Source: an uncultured Alphaproteobacteria bacterium
GTDB lineage: Bacteria > Pseudomonadota > Alphaproteobacteria > Rs-D84
Assembly: GCA_944392815.1 (NCBI GenBank)
Contig: CALXXY010000001.1
Span: forward strand, 133,141 to 197,140
Reading direction: 5' to 3'
DNA: 64,000 nt
The notes under the pieces are model-generated. The model was not told the DNA's origin. It saw only the letters and a program-made list of their open reading frames with translations, and did not search any database. Each line of letters starts with the position of its first letter. Position 1 is the stretch's first letter. The translations under genes were made by a program, and so were the position numbers. Below, piece after piece: positions 57,129 through 64,000 of the stretch.

Positions 57129-57959
57129 TTATTTACCCCTTTTGAAAGCAACAGCGCACACAACCGCGCCGGCGATAAACATTATCGCACTTAACAATTG
57201 TCCCATGGTCAGGCCCCAACTGGTTAAAAAACCTATTTGCACATCTGGGGCACGGAATTGTTCACAAAATATGCGAAACACAGCGTACAGCATCGCCAAC
57301 ACGCCGCCCAGTGCGCCCGGGTATTTACGCAATTTTGTAAAACGATACAGGCAATACATGATGATGAACAGTAATATGCCCTCGGTCGCGGCCTCGTACA
57401 AAGGGCTGGGGTGGCGCGGAAGTGGCGTTTGACCGGCAAACACCACCGCCCAGGGCACATCTGTGGGACGTCCCATAACCTCGATATTAATAAAATTGGC
57501 AATTCGGCCGAAAAACAGGCCAATGGGTGTAATCACCGCCAAAATATCCAGAATGTTAAATGCTGTTTTATATGTGCCACCAGATATTGCGCCACGACGA
57601 TTTTGTGACACAGCGAATAAAAATACCGCGACAATGACACCCACCAGGCCGCCATGGAAACTCATTCCGCCGTGCCATACAGCAAAAATTTCCAGCGGGT
57701 GCGCGATAAAAAACGGCAGGTTATACAGCAACACATATCCCAATCGGCCACCGATTATAACGCCCAATATAATTGCGGTCAGCAAATCGTCCAACTGTTT
57801 TTTATCCAGTTTTATTTGACTGTCGTCACGGCGTGTGAACGCGCGCAGCATAAAATATCCAATCACAAATGCCGCAACATAGGCCAGCGCATACCAGCGA
57901 ATATCCAGCCCAAAGACTGAAAACGCCACAGGCGAAATCGGGTTAATCATTATTGCCAT
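57129..57959 (-). CDS. lgt: Prolipoprotein diacylglyceryl transferase
   Basis: Multi-TM protein; HGGMSFHGGLVGV signature. Confidence 0.85.
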   Translation of the reverse strand: MAIMINPISPVAFSVFGLDIRWYALAYVAAFVIGYFMLRAFTRRDDSQIKLDKKQLDDLLTAIILGVIIGGRLGYVLLYNLPFFIAHPLEIFAVWHGGMSFHGGLVGVIVAVFLFAVSQNRRGAISGGTYKTAFNILDILAVITPIGLFFGRIANFINIEVMGRPTDVPWAVVFAGQTPLPRHPSPLYEAATEGILLFIIMYCLYRFTKLRKYPGALGGVLAMLYAVFRIFCEQFRAPDVQIGFLTSWGLTMGQLLSAIMFIAGAVVCAVAFKRGK

Positions 57960-58018
57960 AGTTTTATCCTGTAAATGATATAACTTGAATTAATGCCCGA
58001 ATTGTATTATATAATGCA

Positions 58019-58783
58019 GTGACTAACAAGGAGAAAAACATGGCAGTAAAAAATGTCGCAATTAAAACCAAACCTGACGCCATTCGGCATGCTCAATCCG
58101 ATGGTGGTATTGGTGTATATTTAAAAAGAATTTTCGCGCTGATGTTCGGCGCGGTTGCAGTGACGGCGCTGACGTCGTGGTTGACCATATTCACCCCGCT
58201 GGGCGGCATATTGGTGACGGCGCACGGCAGTTTGTCTGCCATGTATTACGTGCTGTTGTTTGGTGGATTGGCATTGTCCATCTGGGCCCAGGCGCGTGCG
58301 TTCAGTTTCAAACCGTCAACAGGTGCGCTGTTGTTATTCCTGTACGCAATTATTATCGGCATAGTTATATCGCCGATGTTGCTGTACGTCAGTGTATCTA
58401 ATCCGATGTCAATTCCGATGGCGTTTGGCATTGCGGCCGCTATGTTCGCGTGCATGGCGCTGTTCGGATATAAAACGGTTAAAAACCTGTCGTTTTTGGG
58501 AATCTTTCTGTTTATGGGCATGATTGGGTTGGTGCTGGTTGGATTGGCGTCTTTGATATGGCCGGTAATTGTCAGCGGCACATTTGGCACAATCGTATCC
58601 ATTATTGGTGTGTTGGTATTCGCCCTGTTTACCGCATACGATATGCAAACGCTGAAAAATGCGTACGCAATGGGTGGGGACGACACACGTAAAAATCAGT
58701 TGGCTGTGCTGGGGGCATTGCAACTGTACATTTCTTTTGTTGCACTGTTCCAATACATTTTGGATTTGTTCAACAGAAATTAA
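58019..58783 (+). CDS. Bax-inhibitor-1/YccA family membrane protein
   Basis: 7-TM protein; C-terminal ...FTAYDMQTLKN; real start may be the Met at 58040. Confidence 0.7.
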   Translation: MTNKEKNMAVKNVAIKTKPDAIRHAQSDGGIGVYLKRIFALMFGAVAVTALTSWLTIFTPLGGILVTAHGSLSAMYYVLLFGGLALSIWAQARAFSFKPSTGALLLFLYAIIIGIVISPMLLYVSVSNPMSIPMAFGIAAAMFACMALFGYKTVKNLSFLGIFLFMGMIGLVLVGLASLIWPVIVSGTFGTIVSIIGVLVFALFTAYDMQTLKNAYAMGGDDTRKNQLAVLGALQLYISFVALFQYILDLFNRN

Positions 58784-58817
58784 TTAACCAAATAACCAAG
58801 TAATATGGAGTTATAAA

Positions 58818-59000
58818 ATGGCTTATAAAATCGATCCTGCGAAATGCATTGGTTGTCACACTTGCATGGGGGCATGCCCTGTGATGGCGATATCCACGGG
58901 CCCAGACGGCAAATGTGTGATTGATCCGGCAAAATGTATTTCATGCGGTACGTGCGCGGCTGTATGCCCAGTGGCGGCAATTGCCCCGGACGCAAAATAA
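58818..59000 (+). CDS. 2x[4Fe-4S] ferredoxin
   Basis: CIGCHTCMGACP and CISCGTCAAVCP cluster motifs; 60 aa. Confidence 0.75.
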   Translation: MAYKIDPAKCIGCHTCMGACPVMAISTGPDGKCVIDPAKCISCGTCAAVCPVAAIAPDAK

Positions 59001-59018
59001 ATATGACATTGCGTTGAA

Positions 59019-59047
59019 TAAAACGGGGGTTCGCCCCCGTTTTTATT
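59019..59047 (+). terminator. Terminator after ferredoxin
   Basis: acggggg-ttcg-cccccgt + ttttatt. Confidence 0.7.
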
Positions 59048-59112
59048 GTAAAAAATGTTGCAAACAAACAAATTCTGTATAACAATACATCGGTAAAATT
59101 TGGGGGTATAAA

Positions 59113-60474
59113 ATGCCAGCGAAAACAGTTAATGATATCGTCGCATTATGCAAACGGCGTGGTTTTATTTTTACAGGTTCTGAAATCTATGGCGGAATGG
59201 GCGGCACATACGATTATGGCCCATATGGTGTGGAATTAATGAAAAATATCCGCAACGCATGGTGGAATTCTATGATTTATTCCCGTAATGATATAGAGGG
59301 ACTGGAGGCCGCAGTCATAACCAACCGTTTAATGTGGAAATATTCTGGGCATGAATCCAGTTTTTCTGATCCACTGGTTGAATGTAAAAAATGCGGTGCC
59401 CGCATGCGCCAGGATAAAATGCGCGACCAAACAAAATGCGATAATTGTGGCAGTACTGATTTAACCCCGCCACGCGCGTATCAGTTGATGATGGGGCTGT
59501 CAATCGGCGCAACGGCTGATGGTGAAATAAACGCGTATTTGCGGCCGGAAACTGCGACAACGACATACGTTAATTTTAAAAATGTTTTGGACGCGTGTCC
59601 GCATAAATTGCCGTTTGGTATCGCCCAAATTGGCAAAGCGTTCCGTAATGAAATTTCACCGCGTGGATTCGTGTTCCGCATGCGTGAATTTGAACAGGCC
59701 GAAATGCAATATTTCGTTAATCCTGCGGACGACGAAAAATATTTTGAAATGTGGAAAAAAATCCGTATGGCATGGTGGATTGACGTATTGGGAATACCTG
59801 CGAACAAATTGCGTTTCACACCACATGAAAAATTGGCCCATTATGCCAAGGCCGCCGGCGACATCGAATACGAATTCCCCGACGGATTCGACGAAGTCGA
59901 AGGTATCCATAACCGCCAGGATTTTGACCTGGGGTCGCATACAAAATCGCAAAACGAATTCAAAATCAATGCCCGCGTTATGGAAAATCGCGACAGTACT
60001 GTAAAATTGGCATACAGTGATCCGCAAACGGGCGAAAGTTTTATCCCGTACGTTATTGAAACGGCCATGGGGGTAAATCGCGCCATGTTCGCGGTTATGC
60101 TGGACGCATATACCGAAGAACAATTGCCGGACGGGAAATCACGCGTGGTGCTGAAATTAAAACCTGCGCTGGCCCCGGTAAAGGCCGCGGTTATACCGTT
60201 GGCGCGCAACGTGCCTGAATTGGTGACAATTGCGAACAATATTGAAAACGATTTGCGTAAATTACATATTGGCCGCATAGAATTGGAAAATTCCGGCAAC
60301 ATCGGTAAAAATTACCGCAGACATGACGAAATCGGCACGCCGGTGTGCATAACTGTCGACCACCAAACTATGGAGGATAACACCGTCACCCTGCGTCATC
60401 GTGATTCCATGCAACAGGAACGCGTGGCGGTATCTGATGTGCCGCGTCGCGTGATGGAAATAATAAACGGGTAA
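59113..60474 (+). CDS. glyQS: Glycine-tRNA ligase, dimeric alpha2 type
   Basis: MPAKTVNDIVALCKRRGFIFTGSEIYGGMGGTYDYGPYGVELMKN...; class II motifs; anticodon-binding domain; 453 aa. Confidence 0.85.
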   Translation: MPAKTVNDIVALCKRRGFIFTGSEIYGGMGGTYDYGPYGVELMKNIRNAWWNSMIYSRNDIEGLEAAVITNRLMWKYSGHESSFSDPLVECKKCGARMRQDKMRDQTKCDNCGSTDLTPPRAYQLMMGLSIGATADGEINAYLRPETATTTYVNFKNVLDACPHKLPFGIAQIGKAFRNEISPRGFVFRMREFEQAEMQYFVNPADDEKYFEMWKKIRMAWWIDVLGIPANKLRFTPHEKLAHYAKAAGDIEYEFPDGFDEVEGIHNRQDFDLGSHTKSQNEFKINARVMENRDSTVKLAYSDPQTGESFIPYVIETAMGVNRAMFAVMLDAYTEEQLPDGKSRVVLKLKPALAPVKAAVIPLARNVPELVTIANNIENDLRKLHIGRIELENSGNIGKNYRRHDEIGTPVCITVDHQTMEDNTVTLRHRDSMQQERVAVSDVPRRVMEIING

Positions 60475-60475
60475 A

Positions 60476-60507
60476 TAAAAATCCCGCCGTATGGCGGGAT
60501 TTTTATT
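60476..60507. terminator. Bidirectional terminator
   Basis: aaaaatcccgcc-gtat-ggcgggatttttatt. Confidence 0.7.
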
Positions 60508-62203
60508 ATTCCTGCTCGGGCACAACGGACATTGCGGGAATGGCCACTGTATCGTTATATTTACTTAAATATCTGTCGCCTGTAATGCAATATACAGTTG
60601 TCAAAGAATCCGTGTATTCACGCGACGCGGCCGTCCAACGATTTTGAACGTCCAATTGTGCGCCCTGGTACCCGGACAGACCGCCCAACGCACCACCAAC
60701 ACCCGCACCAATCAATGTGCCTTTCAGGCGGGCTTTGTTGCCAAAATCAATCAAACCGCCGTCGGTGGCACTTTCCTTCATGGGATAAAAATTATCGAAA
60801 TCATCTTGTAAATCATCGGGCAATGTATATGCCGTGCCATTACCAGAACGTCCGTAAATTGTTTTCCCGGCACTGCGGGTTGATTTCCATTCGGACCAAT
60901 CTTCGCTGGACAGTCCAAACGCCCGATCGTCCATTTCAACCATGGCGGCAATTTGACGGTCAATTGTGCCCGCCCCAGATTCAATCGGCGTGAACACCCC
61001 GGTGCCACTGACGATATTATCCGTTTGTTCGCCATCGGGAATTATGACCATTTTGCCATTTTGGTTGGACATGTAATAACGCAAACTGATATCTTCGTTA
61101 ACCTTGGTTTCCAGTTCGGCTGTGTCGATATCTTCGATATCCCTGCCCGGGAATGCGGTTAATTTAACCGACACCAGTTCCTGGTCTGTACAGCCATCTG
61201 TTGGGTCGCAAACATATGTTTCACGGGTCGTCACGTTGTAATATGCAGTTTGATCCGCATCCAATGGCTTTGGCGTCACCAACGCCCCCCACAAACATGT
61301 CGTGTCATGTCCGTCAATGGTACATTTTTCAATACGCAACACAGAATCACCAGATGCCGCCATGTTGCCAACAACCCCACCGGCCGCGGCATTAACCCCA
61401 ACGGACAAAATCGTATCGCCGGCCACTTTGCCCGCATACGCATTGCCGGCCATTAATGCACCGCCAGACAATGCGCCGATAACTGTATTTTGTATTTTTC
61501 CCTGGTCCGTGCCCAATAAACTGCTGTTGCCTGGGTCGTTTGCGCCACTCATATTCCCGCCCAGTCCACCAATTATCACACCGGCCGCGATTTTCAGGCC
61601 CGCGTTTTTCTTTTGTTCCTGGTTCATTTGGGCAATCACATCGTCCATAGTCGGGGCGTTATCCGCCGGGAAAGTAAAACTTTCGACCGCACTGGCAATC
61701 ATTGTTGATTCCGGGAAAGATGAAATATTGCATTTTATGCTGTCGCCGGCCGCCAAATTCGCCCGTGCCAAAACCAAATCAGTGCCGTTTGGGCCGGCCT
61801 GGTACCCGCGCAATTCAACAACCGCCACGCATGTATCCGCACCACCAACCCCCGCACCAACGGTTGGGGCGTCCCACGCGAATTCACCATTCGGATATAT
61901 CATCGCGCATCGGGCTAAACGATCGTACGCCGCGGAATCCGTACTGGACGCAGAAATTTCCTGGGCCAAATCAGCGTCGGCCACGCGAACAGGCAAATTA
62001 TTTTCAACATCTGTTGATGGGGTCACGACAGTCGGGGTTTCTGTGGTTTGCACGGGCGTGTTCAGGGCATTGACCTGTTGATACGCCTGGGCATAACTGC
62101 GCGAATGATTACCAACACGCATGGCCGCAAACGTCATCGTCGGCACGACGCCAATTAACGCCGCAAACAAAGAATAGTGAATAATCGCACGTTTTGTATT
62201 CAT
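60506..62203 (-). CDS. Large secreted Gly/Ala/Thr-rich protein, hypothetical
   Basis: ggggg RBS + ATG at 62203 (MNTKRAIIHYSLFAALIGVVPTMTFAA signal peptide); no known motif; co-directional with, and immediately downstream of, the OMP gene. Confidence 0.5.
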   Translation of the reverse strand: MNTKRAIIHYSLFAALIGVVPTMTFAAMRVGNHSRSYAQAYQQVNALNTPVQTTETPTVVTPSTDVENNLPVRVADADLAQEISASSTDSAAYDRLARCAMIYPNGEFAWDAPTVGAGVGGADTCVAVVELRGYQAGPNGTDLVLARANLAAGDSIKCNISSFPESTMIASAVESFTFPADNAPTMDDVIAQMNQEQKKNAGLKIAAGVIIGGLGGNMSGANDPGNSSLLGTDQGKIQNTVIGALSGGALMAGNAYAGKVAGDTILSVGVNAAAGGVVGNMAASGDSVLRIEKCTIDGHDTTCLWGALVTPKPLDADQTAYYNVTTRETYVCDPTDGCTDQELVSVKLTAFPGRDIEDIDTAELETKVNEDISLRYYMSNQNGKMVIIPDGEQTDNIVSGTGVFTPIESGAGTIDRQIAAMVEMDDRAFGLSSEDWSEWKSTRSAGKTIYGRSGNGTAYTLPDDLQDDFDNFYPMKESATDGGLIDFGNKARLKGTLIGAGVGGALGGLSGYQGAQLDVQNRWTAASREYTDSLTTVYCITGDRYLSKYNDTVAIPAMSVVPEQE

Positions 62204-62253
62204 GTATTCTGCCCCCACCGCGCCGAATTTATGGCGCGCCCCCATTAAAAATA

Positions 62254-63345
62254 TCAGAACTGCAAACGCAAACGCAGGCCCAGGTCAATCATGCTTAAAC
62301 GGCCACCCTCGTACCAATTGGTGTAATGATACACACTGTCGTACGGGGCGGGGTATTCCATACCTGCGCCGTCGCCCAGCCATTCTGTTTGTGAAACGAT
62401 GATACTGCCAGATGTTCTGACACGCCCCAAATTAGTATATCTGACAAAGAAATCGATTTTAATTCCACCGTCCATTTCAGTGGTCAGGCCGCCTTCGACC
62501 ATGAATGCAAACTGTTCAGATGTGCCGCCATTATGATACGCGTACACGTCCGAAATACCGGTTAAATCACCGGCACCAGCCACACTGGGGTCCATTTCGG
62601 AATAAAAAGTGTTATCATATACAACATAGTCGGCAATGGTGTTCAATGAAATACCAGCACCCACACCGACATACGGGCGCAACATACCACCGGCCAAATA
62701 TCCCGTGTACGAATCGATATTATAATACACGTTCAACATTGTTGCGTTTGCGGTGATGGCGCCGCCCTCTACTGTGGCATCGACATAGCCACCAACACCG
62801 TCGGCGGATTTAACCATTGACGGATACGCAATTCCCGAATAACGCAGATATCCAAAATCCACGCGCAAATCATTATTAATCGACGCACCAACCGACAATT
62901 GCAGTGGAATCACTGTGTCGGTGGCGAAATCGGCCTCTTGAAAAGCGCCGGGGACGAATTGGCCACCCTCTTCGTCCATATAGTCGGACAAAACCGTGCC
63001 GCTGACACTGGCCGAATAACCAACAGACAAACCAACGTACAGACCACTGTCCGCCAAACGGTCGAAATCAGTGGGCTGATAATATTGACGGCCCGCGACC
63101 GTGGTGGTTGCGGTTGTTGCATTTGAACCAACACGCGGCAAAGTGCCCGTCACCCGTGTGGGATTGGCAACATTTGGGTTGTTTGTTTGCATAACAGTCC
63201 CGCTGGCGGTTGGTAATAACACAACCTGGCCCGCGGCATTTGTGCCCTGATACCCGGAATAAACAGGATATGTCGCAGCATTTGCCACGCCGTGCGCGCC
63301 AAACAAAACACCCGTCAATGCCGCAAGAAAGCCGACTTTTTTCAT
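62254..63345 (-). CDS. Outer-membrane beta-barrel protein
   Basis: Signal peptide MKKVGFLAALTGVLFGAHGVANA; C-terminal ...GLRLRLQF. Confidence 0.6.
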   Translation of the reverse strand: MKKVGFLAALTGVLFGAHGVANAATYPVYSGYQGTNAAGQVVLLPTASGTVMQTNNPNVANPTRVTGTLPRVGSNATTATTTVAGRQYYQPTDFDRLADSGLYVGLSVGYSASVSGTVLSDYMDEEGGQFVPGAFQEADFATDTVIPLQLSVGASINNDLRVDFGYLRYSGIAYPSMVKSADGVGGYVDATVEGGAITANATMLNVYYNIDSYTGYLAGGMLRPYVGVGAGISLNTIADYVVYDNTFYSEMDPSVAGAGDLTGISDVYAYHNGGTSEQFAFMVEGGLTTEMDGGIKIDFFVRYTNLGRVRTSGSIIVSQTEWLGDGAGMEYPAPYDSVYHYTNWYEGGRLSMIDLGLRLRLQF

Positions 63346-63482
63346 TGCCTTTCCATTTTCCTTTTATGCCATTATACCACAAAAATATTCGCGATAAAAG
63401 CATTTTCACGGCCACATAATAAAATACCCCGCGGATGCGGGGTATTTTTGTCCAATATAAGTTAATTCAGTTTTTTTTCGTA

Positions 63483-64000
63483 TTAGAACGCCAGGTTCAA
63501 ACGAACACCAACCTCGGCCTTGACATCTGTGCCGTTTTGAGAGTTGGCATGCGCTTCGTCGAATGTGTATTCGCCGTACACAGCAACCTGGACATTGTCT
63601 GTCAATTGATTTGCCGCAGACAGTGTGACGATGTATTCATCGAAACCATCGTTCATGTCGGACAGTGGGGCAATAATCCCACTTGCCACCGCATTCCCCA
63701 TTGCGTCTAATTCTGTAGCCAAACTTTTAACACCATTGTCGGCGTGGTGATTATATTTGAATCCCGCACCGAATGACCAGCGGTCGTTTAACTGATAAAA
63801 TGCGTTCAAACCAAAGTTAACCTCGGTTGTGGATTTCAGGTTAACAGAAATCTCACTCGGGATACCAGCCGCTGCCAACGCGCCCCTCATTTCAGCATTC
63901 AAGCCAGCAATATCAATCACGTTGTTGCTGTTGCCGAATGTTTTCAGAACTTCCACAAACGCGCTGGTGGTCAATTTGCTCCAAGTTTTACCAAAGCGAA
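63483..64000 (-). CDS. Outer-membrane beta-barrel protein, C-terminal part (gene continues past window end)
   Basis: Ends ...GVRLNLAF; the frame is open to the window end; the track 'M' is a TTG. Confidence 0.5.
   Translation of the reverse strand, partial: RFGKTWSKLTTSAFVEVLKTFGNSNNVIDIAGLNAEMRGALAAAGIPSEISVNLKSTTEVNFGLNAFYQLNDRWSFGAGFKYNHHADNGVKSLATELDAMGNAVASGIIAPLSDMNDGFDEYIVTLSAANQLTDNVQVAVYGEYTFDEAHANSQNGTDVKAEVGVRLNLAF

Overview
This 64-kb window comes from a Gram-negative genome of moderate GC. All calls come from reading the sequence and translated motifs; no similarity search was run, so family names are motif-level inferences and coordinates are +/- a few nt. The backbone carries housekeeping genes: priA (5' part), miaA, gap, an alphaproteobacterial-type parC, rpmG, an lptE-holA-map-radC operon, nrdD/nrdG, ppiB, tag-ogt, rfbB, lgt, a 2x[4Fe-4S] ferredoxin and an alpha2-type glyQS. 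Four tRNAs are present (Asp-GTC, Glu-TTC, Leu-TAG, Ser-TGA). Other backbone features: clusters of GC-rich palindromic MITE-like repeats (4.16-5.9 kb, 6.83 kb, 33.68-33.84 kb); two TbpB-like surface lipoproteins followed by a Slam (TPR + DUF560 barrel) translocon; a BspA-type leucine-rich-repeat protein; and several Cys-rich secreted proteins. Positions ~36.5-55.5 kb form a visibly AT-rich ~19-kb genomic island bounded by a 16-bp direct repeat of the tRNA-Ser 3' end. The island carries a glycosyltransferase / nucleotide-sugar enzyme block, a phage packaging remnant (ParB-methylase, TerS-like, GTA-type TerL), an R-M module (C5-MTase + N4/N6-MTase + HNH nuclease), and a DUF2924 + large serine recombinase pair. 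Next to the att site sits an uncharacterised 642-aa GHKL-ATPase / PD-(D/E)xK nuclease fusion, my top candidate for a novel defence gene. Other notable points: an NrdD whose glycyl-radical tail sits behind an in-frame stop with its own RBS, a C13 homopolymer, a tandem duplication of the tRNA-Glu 3' end, and a structured leader or sRNA candidate upstream of a PAP2 phosphatase.
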